From positions 58,776,001-58,840,000 of the forward strand of contig NC_043005.1 in the NCBI RefSeq assembly GCF_006345805.1: a DNA stretch of 64,000 bases. Direction: 5' to 3'. The position numbers were made by a program, and so were the translations under genes. Source of the stretch: Octopus sinensis (lineage: Eukaryota). The notes beneath the pieces were generated by a model that made no database searches, was not told the origin of the DNA, and saw only the letters and a list, made by a program, of their open reading frames with translations. Every line of letters starts with the position of its first letter. Within the stretch, counting starts at the first letter, position 1. This document shows positions 13,104-26,316 of this stretch, piece after piece.

Positions 13104-13774
13104 TATTATATATATATTATATATATATACATATATATAGGGAGAAAGAAAGAAATAGAGACAGACAGAGACAGAGCAAGATCTTACAAAGATGAATGGA
13201 AAGCATTACAGACGCAGGTGTATACAGTCATTAATTGGAACTACCGAAAGAATGCAGCAAACTTTACTTAACATTTCAGTGAAACACTTTTCATGAAGAA
13301 ATAAGAGAAATCTGAATGCCTCATGCTGGTTGGGGGTCATTTCCTCCTTGGTGAAAAGCACAGAACTAAAGCATAGCTGTTATGCAATAGCTAACTAAAA
13401 GAATAATTAATGATGTTTCCCAGTGGAAAAGATTTTCTAGGCAAGTGGGATAGTGGGCAGAAGAATAACCTATGTGTGCATTTTGCTTGTGTTTATATCT
13501 CTGTCTCTGTAGGTGTTTTCTGAAGAATTTAACAAGCGTAAGCATGACTCTGTGCAGACGAGAAGTTTGTTTCACAACCAGGCTGCTTCACAGCAAATGC
13601 CGTGTGAGGAAATTTGGTAGACAGAAAATGTAGAAGACTCATTGTTCATGTCGATCTATCTGTCTATGTATGCATGTATGTCATTATTCAGTTTATTTCA
13701 AGATTTCTTGCCAATAGAAAAAGCATCAAGGCTCCTTCATTGGAATTTCAACATCAACAACAGCGTATTTTCGT

Positions 13775-14632
13775 ATGTATATATGTATGCATGAATGCAT
13801 GCATGTATGTATGTATGTATGTATGTATGTATGTATGTATGTATGTATGTATGTGTTTGTGTGTGTGTATGTATGTATGTATATGTATGTGTGTGTATAT
13901 GTATGTATATATCTATGTATGTATGTATGTATGTATGTATGTGTTTGTATGTGTGTATGTATGTATGTATGTATGCATGTATGCATGTGTATGTGTGTGT
14001 ATAAGTATGTATGTATCTATGTATGTATGTGTGTGTATGTATGTATGTATGTATGTATATGTATGTGTGTGTATATGTATGTATGTATATGTATGTATGT
14101 ATGTATGTATGATGTATGTATGTATGTATGTATGTATGTATGTATGTATGTATGTATGTTTGTGTGTGTATATGTATGTATGTATCTATGTATGTGTGTG
14201 TATGTATGTATGTATGATGTATGTATGTATGTATGTATGTATGTATGTATGTATGTGTTTGTGTGTGTGTATGTATGTATGTATATGTATGTGTGTGTAT
14301 ATGTATGTATATATCTATGTATGTATGTATGTATGTATGTATGTGTTTGTATGTGTGTATGTATGTATGTATGTATGCATGTATGCATGTGTATGTGTGT
14401 GTATAAGTATGTATGTATCTATGTATGTATGTGTGTGTATGTATGTATGTATGTATGTATGTATGTGTGTGTATATGTATGTATGTATCTATGTATGTGT
14501 GTGTGTATGTATGTATGTATGTATGTATGTATGTATGTATGTATGTATGTATGTATGTTTGTGTGTGTATATGTATGTATGTATCTATGTATGTGTGTGT
14601 ATGTATGTATGTATGTATGTATGTATGTATAT
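13775..14632. repeat. Compound (TATG)n/(TG)n microsatellite with ~400-bp higher-order duplication
   Basis: The rare variant block gcatgtatgcatgtgtatgtgtgtgtataagtatg has ataagtatg at 14001 and again at 14403. Confidence 0.85.
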
Positions 14633-14775
14633 GAGGGAGTGCTGAAAAGTTCCTGGCTTTGAGTAAAAGGTAATGCAGGAGGATCAGTAAATTATCCACA
14701 TATTTCCCCCTCCCCAGATTCACACACTTATTGCAGTGGTCCTTCAGTTTTTCTAAGCTCTGTAGAAGAACTCGG
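14633..14775 (+). mobile_element. mariner-like 5' terminal fragment
   Basis: ta-tgagggagtgctgaaaagttcctggc resembles a mariner TIR inserted at TA; no partner TIR found. Confidence 0.45.
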
Positions 14776-15156
14776 ATGATTGTACATCTGTATATATTAT
14801 TGACCACACATACTGAACCCACATGTGCCTAGTGTCTGCCAGTAGGCTGTGACCTGGCACAGTGGAGATTACTCCCTTAAAGTGGTGAGTGTTAAAATAC
14901 CTGAAAGTCATGGAGAGGCAAAACAACTTACCCCAGCTTCCACCCAGGAGTGATGGACATCAACATTTCACCATTTTAATGGCTCATCAACATCATGTAC
15001 CCAAACTGAATTGGAGGTGAATCATACTGCCAGTCCATGACTTACAAACATATAGTGTAAAAACTATGTACTGGTATGCCAGGACAATGCTTATGTATGC
15101 ATTGTTATACATATACATGTGTGTGTGTGTGTGTGTGTGTATGTGTGTATGTATAT

Positions 15157-15226
<70 letters not shown>

Positions 15227-15809
15227 CATGTCTTTGTGTTTGTTTCCATGCCCACCACCACCACCATCACCACCAGCACTTGACAACTGTGTTGGTTTGT
15301 TCATGTCTTTCTAACTTAGAGGTTCAGCAAAAAGAAACCTATAAAATAAATATCAGGCTTAAAAATAAAGGATTGGGCTTCTTAATTTGTTTGACTAAAC
15401 CTATCAAGGCAGTGCTCCAGAAAGGCCACCGCAGTATAATAATGACTGATACAAGTGAAAGAATAAAAGAATATATGGTAGAATTAATCTTGGAATAGAA
15501 CAAGTGAAAGAATTTACTGTCATTTTAGATAAATATATTCTTGAGATAGTAAATATTCCATGTGGCTGCCATTATTGCAGAATCAAACAATGATGCAATT
15601 CTGAAGATTTAACAACACATTTTTGCAGATGGTTTTCATCTGAATTTAAATTAATTATCCTAACCTGTAATTCATCAATAGAATAAAGTTTTATTAAATA
15701 AACAATAGTTTAACGAGTCTCCATAAAATAAATCTGAAGTAATTATTAATTGAATTAGTTTTCAATATTAAATGATTAATAAAAAGAAATATTAATAATT
15801 GTCAAGTAT

Positions 15810-16370
15810 TGCTGTCGGGTTAAGAGGTTTACTTATGGTTTTAGGTTCAGTGCTACTGTTTGGCATCTTGGACAAGTGTCTTCTGTAGTCACAAGTTGAC
15901 AAGCTGACCAATGCCTTCTGAGTTCATTTGGTAGACAGAAACTGTTCAAAGGCGGCGAGCTGGCAGAAATGTTAGCACACCGGGCGAAATGCTTAGCGGT
16001 ATTTCGTCTGCTGTTATGTTCTGAGTTCAAATTCCACCGAAGTCGACTTTGCCTGTCATCCTTTCGGGGGCGATAAATTAAGTACCAGTTACGCACTGGG
16101 GTCGATGTAATCGACTTAATCCGTTTGTCTGTCCTTGTTTGTTCTCTCTGTGTTTAGCCCCTTGTGGGCAGTAAAGAAATAGGTATTTCATCTGCCATTA
16201 TGTTCTGAGTTCCAATTCTGCTGAGGTCAACTGTGCCGTTCATCCTTTTGGGGTCGATAAATTAAGTACCAGTTACACACTGGGGTCGATGCAATCGACT
16301 TACTCCCTTTGTCTGTCCTTGTTTGTCCCCTCTATGTTTAGCTCCTTGTGGACAATAAAGAAATAAGAAA
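15810..16370 (+). mobile_element. SINE cluster: family-B 5' part plus two tandem family-A copies
   Basis: ggttcagtgctactg..ggacaagtgtcttctgtag (B), then ggcggcgagctggcagaaat at ~15951 and a second A body from ~16185. Confidence 0.85.
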
Positions 16371-18065
16371 CTGTTCAAAGCTTGCTTTGTGCACATTTGT
16401 GTGTGTGTGTGTGTGTATATATATATGTGTGCATGTGTGTAAGGGTGGTGAGCTGGCAGAATCATTAGCATGCTGGGCACCAACAATGTGGTGCTTATGT
16501 TCAATTTTCTAACTGGACTAGGAATTAAGGATTAAGATCCTTCTTGAGTCATATAAACTCATAGGGCTGGTTTCCACGGTGTATATGTCCCCCACCTGGA
16601 TGGCACGCTAGTCCATAAAAGGATTACTTTTCTTGCCAGCAGAGTGGACTGGGGCAATGTGAAATGAAGTATTTTGCTCAAGAACACAACATGTCAACTG
16701 GTCCAGGAATAGAAACCACAATCTTACAACCATGATTCCAAGCCATTATTGAAATCCTACATAACTCTGGTGAGGTCCACATTGGAGCATAGCTCTCACA
16801 ACTAGGATGGTGCTACTATTGCATTCAGGTGTCTTAGATTGATCTAACTAACTGGAACTCCATTGGTTATGACAATGAGTGTTCCAGTTGATCTGATCAA
16901 TGGAACAGCCTGCTCATGAAATTAACGTGCAAGTGGCTGAGCACTCCACAGACATGTGCTCCCTTAATGTAGTTCTCAGGTAGATACAGTGTTACACAAA
17001 ATGTGACAAGGCTGGCCCTTTGAATTACTGATACAGCTCCTCTTAGCCAGCTGAGTGAACTGAAGGAATGTGAAATAAAGTGTTTTACTCTAAGACACAA
17101 TGCTCTGTCAGGAATTGAACTCATTAACTTACAATCATGAGCCAAATACCTTAATTACTAATAACTATTGATTGACTGGCTTAAAGTTACTTACAGACAT
17201 GCTCCAGTCTTTGACCTGTTGAGATACTCTGTTCTTCTTTACCTTTGCTATCTCTATTAGAATGGTTTTTATTCCTTGAACCTGGCAAGGCTTGTGCCAC
17301 TTTGACTCTGGTTCTTTTGTCCCATGCTTCTCTCCTCCATGTATGACCCTTGTTGTATCTAACCCTCTGGTCCCACACTAATCCTTATCGCCAGTTCTTC
17401 TGTCAAAGAATTTCAGACCTCTAGGATTACCGTCCAGTTCATATCCTGCAGATGCTTTCTTACAATGGTTTGCAATGTCTTCAATCTCACTGGTCTAAGA
17501 GAATTTGCAAACATAATAAGTACTGCTCCTTCCTCCAGATCTAACAAGTAAAAGACAAAACCAAAAGAAGAAAAAAACAGAAACTGCAAAGAAGATAAAA
17601 CAACAAAAAAGACAGTCCAGTTCTGAGTTAAGGGCATTTAACATAGACACAGCACAGTTACCTGTGGACAGGATTAAAACAAAATTGAACCATGAACCTC
17701 TCATTTGCTTGACTGTTAGCATACCTGTTTTTGTTTTAGAAGTTATTCAGTTAACGAATGGTGTTTGTGTTGTTTAAAGTTGTTTAAAAAAGAAATCATA
17801 ATTACTTTTCACAGAACGAATCAAAAATGTGGGTAACAGCATTTTTGTGAAAAAGAAAATTAATTTTTCACACTGGAGACTTTCATTCAATTCAGATGAA
17901 TAACCTTTCTATTGGCGTAAAAAAAATACTGTGATGGTGAAACTGCATCATGCTTGAGTATCACAATAATGATGATGATGATGATGATGATTATGATGAT
18001 GATGATGGTGATGGTGGTGGTGGTGGTGGTGAAACTGCATCATGCTTGAATATATCACAATAATG

Positions 18066-18114
<49 letters not shown>

Positions 18115-18244
18115 TAATAATAATATAATAATAATAATAATAATAATAATACAATGCAAGCACATTATTTATATATATGTGTATGTACAGGCATGTGCAC
18201 ATGTATATGCAAATAAAGAGAGAAAGCGAGAGATGGGAGCTCAA

Positions 18245-19670
18245 TAACGACTCTCGTGGGGAAAAAACTGGAAAAATGGGAAAAAGACCAGCCAAGAAAA
18301 ATTAGAGAAGAAATATAAAACACTGAAGAACGAGTTTGATACAGTAATAGAACAGTTAAAACAAAGGATCATGGCAAAAAGCAAGAAGATCTGAAGATTT
18401 GTGAACAGAAATAAGCAGTTCGAGGAGAACAGATTGTTCCAAAATAACCCAAAGCAATTTTTCCGAACGTTAGGAGACAATTGGGAAAAATGTTGCTCCT
18501 GATGCAAATCAAGCCAAAGAATTCTGTAGCGGATTATGTGGAAACAATGTGGTGCATGAAAGGGATACAATATGGATAGGAACTATCAAGACAGAATTAC
18601 AACGAGGAAAGAAACAAAGGGATATTGTCATAAGCACAGGTAAAGCAAACATAAGCAGACTGTATATGAAAAGAAAGAATGGTGGCAGAAGACTAAATAG
18701 TTATAGAATATTGTATAAGGAGTGGAAGGAAGACACTTGCCGAGTATTTGATGAATAGTGATGAAGACGTGCTGCAATATGCTGTGAAAGATATGGGTGT
18801 AAATCCAGATGAAATGATGAGCAAGGAAGAGTTTAACCAAAGAGCTGAGAAGAGAAAAGAAAACCTTGAAATGGGGATGCATGGGCAGTTTGAAAGGAAT
18901 ACACAAGACATTAAGGATAATACAGCATCGTGGGCATGGCTTGAGTGAGGTGATTTGAAGCATACCACCGAAAGCCTGATCATTGCTGCACAATACCAGG
19001 CTCTTGCTACCAATTCAGTGAAGTATAACAGCTATAAAACTTCTGACACCTAGAAATGCAGACCCTGTGGAAAAAGTGTGGAAAATGTGCCCCACTTGGT
19101 AAGTAGATGTGAGAGCCTTACACAAAAGGAATACAAGCGCTGCTACAATAAAGTTTGTATGTATTTTCATTTGCTTTTATGCCATAAATACCAATATGAA
19201 GTAACAGAGAACTGGTATGAGCATGTACCAAGTAAAGTTATGCAGGAGGATAAGAAAGTACTGATACTCTGGGACTATTATTTCCAGACAGATTGTCTAA
19301 TCGAAAACCATGGGCCTGATATTGTCATACTGAATAAGAGATGCAAATACTGTCAGATCATTGATGTAGCCATACTAAATGACATGAATGTTGTAAAGTG
19401 GTTGAAAAAAATCACCAAGTACTCTGAACTGAAAGTGGAAATGGTGAGACTGTATGGAATGCGAGAGGGGAATGTAAAAGTGATACCAGTGGTGATCGGA
19501 GTGCTGGGTTCAATCCCATTGAAACTTCAAAACTTCTTAAGGCAACTGGAAATCCCATGCAAGATTGATGTCTCTGCAAAAAGCAGCCTCATTGGCTACA
19601 ACGCACATCTTAAAGAAAATATTATCTGTTTGAGGTCTTTGTTGTGACTTGACAGATGACTAAAGACTCC
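18245..19670 (+). mobile_element. R4/Dong-like (restriction-like endonuclease) LINE fragment lacking the RT core
   Basis: LKQRIMAKSKKI*RFVNRNKQFEENRLFQNNPKQFF (pre-RT), then RLYMKRKNGGR, STESLIIAAQYQAL, CRPCGKSVENVPHLVSRC (CCHC knuckle), PDIVIL..IIDVAI..K..KY (RLE). No YADD-type RT core is visible between them. Confidence 0.85.
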
Positions 19671-19736
19671 GGTGCATTTTTACCTACATTGTGTTATGAA
19701 GGAATAATAGTGATAATAATAATAATACTAATAATA

Positions 19737-20103
19737 ACAAGCACTCAGAGAACGTAAACTTCTGCCAAGGCAACATCAATGTTCTCTCAATGATTATCTG
19801 GAGATTATTTTTAAAATGAGAATATCTAAAATAAACTCGATTGCTTTCATGAATGAGAATACTAAAAATGAACCCAACTGCTCTCAAAAATTAAGTAAAA
19901 GTTAAAAAACAGGAAAAATAATCCAGAATCTTTGTCCGGTACCAGATTGATCCCAAAAATCTAATCGGTTCATGCCAGTCATGAGGCCAAACATCCTTGA
20001 AAGTTTCATCTGAATCCATCCAGTGGTTCTTGAGACATCTTGTCCACAGACAAACAAACATGTCTGAAAACAACACCTCCGCCTTCGCTAAAGCAGAGGT
20101 GAA
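19737..20103 (+). mobile_element. Non-autonomous Helentron/HINE-like element
   Basis: 5' acaagcactcagagaacgtaaacttctgccaagg and 3' hairpin acctccgccttcgctaaagcagaggt share the (c/t)t(c/t)cgcc subterminal motif; internal aaagtttcatctgaatccatcc is typical of these elements. Confidence 0.55.
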
Positions 20104-20176
20104 AATAACACTAACAATGACAATAATAATAGTAATGATAATAAGAGTAGTAGTAGTGTAGTAGTAGTAGTAGTAG

Positions 20177-20214
<38 letters not shown>

Positions 20215-20519
20215 AATGATAATAATAAAAATAATTGATACAGCTATGATAACAATCTCTATTAAAAATTTTGTTGTATTTACCCACCCACCCCCTCAAC
20301 TGTTCCATTATTTACAGATGATGTAATCATATTTACATTTATGCTTGAAATGATTCAACTTGCAGTAACAATAAATAAAAAGTATGTAAACAAATTAGAA
20401 ATAAATACGAAATAAAAATAGAAATGAAATTTATTTTTAAATGTAAGAAATAATGTATGGTGTAAAATTGTCTTTGTTATTATTATCATTATTATTATTA
20501 TTATTATTATTATTAGGTT

Positions 20520-20748
20520 TTGGGTTGGCAGAATCATTACCATGCCGGGCAAAATGCTTAGCAGCATTTCGTCTGTCTTTATGTTCTGAGATCAAATTCC
20601 ACTGAGGTTGACTTCACCTTTCATCTTTTAGGGGTTGATAACTTATGTACCAGTTGAGTACTGGGTCAATGTAATTCCTTCCCACCAAATTTATAGTCCC
20701 CTTCTACCAAATTTCAGACCTTGTGCCTTTAGTAGAAAGGATAATCAT
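20520..20748 (+). mobile_element. Family-A SINE
   Basis: ttggcagaatcattaccatgccgggcaaaatgcttag..gagatcaaattcc..aaatttcagaccttgtgcctttagtagaaagg. Confidence 0.8.
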
Positions 20749-20784
20749 CATCACCAACATCATTATTGTTGTTGTTGCTCTCTT

Positions 20785-20988
20785 TACTCTTTTACTCTTT
20801 TACTTGTTTCAGTCATTTGACTGTGGCCATGCTGGAACACCTTTAGTCGGGCAAATCGATCCCAGGACTTATTCTTTGTGAGCCTAGTACTTATTCTATC
20901 GGTCACTTTTGCTGAACCTCTAAGTTACGGAGACATATACACACCAACATCAGTTGTCAAGCGATGTTAGGTGACAAACACAGACACA

Positions 20989-21034
<46 letters not shown>

Positions 21035-21207
21035 CACATATATACGACAGGCTTCTTTCAGTTTCCGTCTACCAAATCCACTCGCAAGGTTTTGCTCGGC
21101 CCGAGGCTATAGTAGAAGACTCTTGCCCAAGTGCCACACAGTGGGACTGAACCCGAAACCATGTGGTTCGTAAGCAAGCTACTTACCACACAGCCACTCC
21201 TACGCCT
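20785..21207 (-). mobile_element. Family-B tRNA-derived SINE with internal (TA/TG)n and (GAGTAAAA)n tail
   Basis: Reverse complement of ggcgtaggagtggctgtgtggtaag..ggttcagtcccactg..ttgggcaagagtcttctactatagcc..gactgaaacaagtaaaagag. Confidence 0.9.
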
Positions 21208-21910
21208 ATAGTATACAGTACAGTATACTTTTTTTTATTATTTATATAATTTGTATATATTTATTTTATTATAAACGCAAAACAACACCACAGAGGTATC
21301 AACATAAGCTTAAATAATAAACGGTAATAGGTGAACCGTGATATGGCGAGCGATTACAATAAAATATATATTGTTTGCAACGGTATTTTTTCTATTCACT
21401 GAGTTTTATTTGTGTTAACGCTCCCCTTTGTCAGGAACTTTGTATCCTCTAGTTTCCTAGATGTGAATTTTGAATAATGAGGTAAAATTGAACCTTCAGC
21501 ACTGATATAACAAGATTGCTGTTAGTTATGTGATTACTGATCTGAATTTGTAAATTAGAATATGTTTCTTTTGTGCAAGGAATGTAAATAATTGGAATAT
21601 TATTAGTATTTTTATTTTCATTTCTTATATATTTTTATTTTATTTTAATTTTTTTTTTTTTTTACGACTCTATGGGAACAGCATTTTTGTTTTTGAATTA
21701 CTACAGCTGAATCTTGGAGGAAGTCATTTTCACCAGTTTACTTGGTTCACGGCATTTTTGAATAGAAATAAAATTGATAAAAGAGATGTCAGTGAAAGAA
21801 TTTTAAACAAATAAATAAAATGAATGCTAGACAGACAGAATAATAACGAGCCAGTTAGCTAACTCGACAGATAAATAGGTAAATAAACAAAGAGATACAT
21901 ACATATACAC

Positions 21911-21947
<37 letters not shown>

Positions 21948-22210
21948 AAGAGATAGATAGATAGATACATAAATACATACATATATACATACATACATAC
22001 ATACATTAGTAGATAAACAGATAGAAAGACAGGTCAATTGGTAGATAGGGTAGATAGAGTGGCAGATAGATGTGTTGAATAATTGGGTGTTGGGTGAATG
22101 TAAAACTGATAAAGTGAGGTAAAAGAATAAATGCCCCCACATAAATAGCAAAGATTTATACACACACTGATAGACATAAATGAGCAGACACATATACATA
22201 TATGTAAATA

Positions 22211-22262
<52 letters not shown>

Positions 22263-22347
22263 CATTGAGATTTTAGATAGAGAGTTATAGATACACAAGA
22301 AAGTGATAAAGAGAGAGTAAGAGAAAAGATATGACTATATGTGTGTG

Positions 22348-22387
<40 letters not shown>

Positions 22388-22390
<3 letters not shown>

Positions 22391-22634
22391 GGTTGGTGCA
22401 TAATTATTGCGGCTTTTTTCCGACAAATTTTATTCAACAAAAACAATAACAATATTTAACAAAAACATCTTTAAATGGAAGTCTGACCACCTGCCAAGCA
22501 AATGGGAAGTGGTAATAGAAGTAGGTGGTGAATATGCTCCAGAATAATCATTTAAAGATGTTTTCGATGCATGTTGTTATTGTTTTTGTTGAATAAAATT
22601 TGTCGAAAAAAGCCACAATAATTATGCACCAATG

Positions 22635-22637
<3 letters not shown>
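22388..22637. mobile_element. mariner-type MITE with ~85-bp TIRs in (TA)n
   Basis: ttgggttggtgcataattattgcggcttttttccgacaaattttattcaacaaaaacaataac pairs with gttattgtttttgttgaataaaatttgtcgaaaaaagccacaataattatgcaccaatgcaa. Confidence 0.9.
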
Positions 22638-22690
<53 letters not shown>

Positions 22691-22785
22691 ACACACATAT
22701 ATTGTCATATCTTTTCTCTTACTCTCTCTTTCTCTATCATTCTCTTGTGTAACTGTAACTCTCCATCTACAAATCTCAATGTAAC

Positions 22786-22816
<31 letters not shown>

Positions 22817-22828
22817 ATATATATATAC

Positions 22829-22865
<37 letters not shown>

Positions 22866-22883
22866 GTGTATATATATGTCATT

Positions 22884-22995
<112 letters not shown>

Positions 22996-23892
22996 GGGTG
23001 TCTGCTCTGGGGGCAATGGGAAAACTGAAATAGATAAAAGAATAATGAATGCATAACCTTTTCCTGGAAAATATGAACTAAAAATATTAAATGGAATTTG
23101 AACGTTGTAAGAGGTTATATTTCGTTCACTGTTATAATAGAGTCTGAGAAAATAATAACATATACAATTGTTTACGAAACACAAACAAAGAATACGTATA
23201 CAAACAATGAATATATGTTTGTGTATTAATATACATCAGACTATCAGACAAACATACAAACAGACAAATATGCTTTGTGAGACATGGAAAAACACACACA
23301 GAAACATGTGGTAGAAGTAAAAAAACAGAAAACTGTAGAGTTTTCAGAACAGATGTGGAGAAGGATTTCTAAAGGTAAAAATGTATTTCAAAGTTAAGAA
23401 TATTATTGATTCAAAATAGTGTGTATGTGTGTGTAGGTATTGAAGGAACGTGGTTCTCAACCACCAAAACTCGTCTGTTTGCCAAATTCAGTGATGCTGT
23501 GCACAAATGGAATTAATTATCAGATATTTCTTTCCTGCTGTGTTTCATCTTGATTATGATGAAATAGGGGGGAAAAACATAATATATGACTATACAATAT
23601 TTGCTAAATAGATACAAGAAACCATATGTCTACATGAATGTATGTGTGCATGTGTGTGTGTGCATGTGTGTGTGTGTGTGTGTTTTTGTGTTTGTATAAG
23701 AATATAAACAGGTATGTATATGGAGTATATTTGTGTGTGCATGTAAAGACATAAATATATAATTGTTAAAGTTTTCTACTGTTTAGTTGCTTAAAATATT
23801 ACGTAAAAGAGACACCCATTAGATGACATACCAGAATCTACAGACCAGCATATATGTTATGAAATTTTGCTCTTCTAATATTCAGCCTTCTC

Positions 23893-24112
23893 GAGTGGCA
23901 AGCTGGTAGAAACATTAGCACGCTGGGCAAAATGCTTAGCGGTTTTCTGTCTGTCTTTACGTTGTGAGTTCAAATTCTGCCAAGGTCGACTTTGCCTTTC
24001 GTCCTTTCGGGGTCAATAAATTAAGTACCAGTTGTGTACTGGGGTCGATCTAATTGACTGGCCCCTTCCCCCAAAATTTCAGGCCTTGTGCCTAGAGTAG
24101 GAAAGAATATTC
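23893..24112 (+). mobile_element. Family-A SINE
   Basis: gtggcaagctggtagaaacattagcacgctgggc..gagttcaaattc..aaaatttcaggccttgtgcctagagtag. Confidence 0.85.
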
Positions 24113-24164
24113 AGCCTTCCATTATTTGGTCTTGCAACATTTGGTTTCATGGTCCAAACTGATA

Positions 24165-24232
<68 letters not shown>

Positions 24233-24361
24233 TATATATGTAGATACAGAGTATTTATCATGTATAATTGATTGTTGGGCTCAATGTTTATATTGGGGAA
24301 TTTGTTTATATTGATATTACTTTGATTTGAAGTGTTATAGACTTTATTTTTATATGTCTAT

Positions 24362-24527
24362 AGGCGCAGGAGTGGCTGTATGGTAAGTAGCTTGTTTACC
24401 AACCACATGGTTCCGGGTTCAGTCCCACTGCGTGGCACCTTGGGCAAGTGTCTTCTACTATAGCCTCGGGCCGACCAAAGCCTTGTGAGTGGATTTGGTA
24501 GACGGAAACTGAAAGAAACCCGTCGTA

Positions 24528-24579
<52 letters not shown>

Positions 24580-24866
24580 TGTGTGTGTTTGTGTGTCTGT
24601 GTTTGTCCCCCTAGCATTGTTTGACAACCGATGCTGGTGTGTTTATGTCCCCATTACTTAGCGGTTTGGCAAAAGAGACCGATAGAATAAGTACTAGGCT
24701 TACAAAGAATAAGACCTGGGGTTGAGTTGCTCGATTAAAGGCGGTGCTCCAGCATGGCCACAGTCAAATGACTGAAACAAGTAAAAGAGTAAAAGAATAG
24801 AGTTGGCTTCGTTTTAGTTTTGTGTCTGTGTTTATCTCATTTAAAATATATAAATGCGTATATAAG

Positions 24867-24897
<31 letters not shown>

Positions 24898-25112
24898 AAG
24901 TTTGTGTGTCTGTGTTTGTCTCCCCAACATCGCTTGACAACCGCTGGTGGTGTGTTTACGTCCCCATAACTTAGCAGTTCAGCAAAAGAGACTGATAGAA
25001 TAAGTACTAGGCTTACAAAGATTAAGTCCTGGGGTCAATTTGCTCGACTAAAGGTGGTGCTCCAGCATGGCCACAGTCAAATGACTGAAACAAGTAAAAG
25101 AGTAAAGAGTAA
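24362..25112 (+). mobile_element. Full family-B SINE (24362-24797) followed by a duplicated 3' half (~24905-25112)
   Basis: ggcgcaggagtggctgtatggtaag head, internal microsatellite, tail caagtaaaagagtaaaaga; the 3' half is repeated after a (TA)n. Confidence 0.9.
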
Positions 25113-25176
25113 AGAGTATATATAAATGTATATATGTATATGTATATTATATATATATAATATATATATATATATA

Positions 25177-25213
<37 letters not shown>

Positions 25214-25267
25214 TAATATATATATATAAATGAAGAACAAACACAAAAAAAACGTGGTACATGTTAA

Positions 25268-25660
25268 GTATTAGCAGACACTCAGGGAAGGAAAGAAAGG
25301 TGGTTTTACATTTCGAGCAAAGCTCTTCTTCAGAAAAAAGGATACAGTGGGAAGTCCAATAGAAAAGGAAGATGGAGGAAAAAAAAATTGCCCCAATGAT
25401 TCACATCTGGTTACATTTTGAAAAAAAAAAATGTGTGCATTGGTGTATATATATGACCTCGTCTGTACAACTAGCGATTTTTTTCCCCTGTCTTCCCTTC
25501 TAGGGATCTTTCCTTCTCCTATGTTTCCGACGTAGAGCTCCACTCGAAACATCAAACCCTCCTTCTTCCCTTCTTTCCTGAGCGTCCAATAATACTTTAT
25601 TTGTTCCACGTCCTTGCATTGTTGTGTTTTTTTGTTTTTGTTTTCTTGTTTGGATTAACT
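25268..25660. mobile_element. Penelope-terminal-like repeat carrying a degenerate hammerhead-like motif (25523-25557, +)
   Basis: gttt-ccgacgt-a-gag-ctcca-ctc-gaaac-atc-aaac has hammerhead geometry. Family assignment is inferred from this motif. Confidence 0.45.
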
Positions 25661-26269
25661 ATAATTATATTTATATATATATATATATATGCATTGATGT
25701 ATTTATGTATAAGTGTTTATATGTGTGTATTAAGTATATATGTGTGTGTGTATGTGTATGTATATATGTAAGCATGGGGGCTAGATGCAAACTAAAACAT
25801 TAAATTGTTTTGTATTGGTACTATTTTGGTTTTGATGTATATATACAATTAATTTTCCTATGTCCATATAGAGTTGGTTTCCTTTTTCATTTTGTTTTAT
25901 AGGTATCGATAAATACGGGTATGTGAGTAAAGAAATAATGGGGTATATATGTAGATATAGTGTATTTATCTTATTCAATTTGTTGTTTTGGCTCATTAAT
26001 AGTATGTGGGACATTTCGTTTGTATTGTATTATTTTGATTTTGTTGTATGTATATATTTAAATGGTTTTTCATTGACCGTATTGGATTGATTTTGTTTTT
26101 GTCTTGTTTATATAAACGGAAAAATAGTTATCTCCCCTGCATTCTAATAGTTAAATTTAAAATGTTTACTTTTGAATTAATATATATAAAATAATGTTCT
26201 TACATAAATAGATACATGTGTGTATGAATTGTATATGTATGTAAATTGTAAAAAATAAGTATATATTTG

Positions 26270-26310
<41 letters not shown>

Positions 26311-26316
26311 TATATA

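Noticed and set aside
13513-13620. Strong acceptor-like site with open frame VFSEEFNKRKHDSV...
   Set aside because: No clear donor or recognisable protein, and the frame compatible with the 10316 exon stops immediately. The same doubts apply to acceptor-like sites at 21707, 23437 and 37853.
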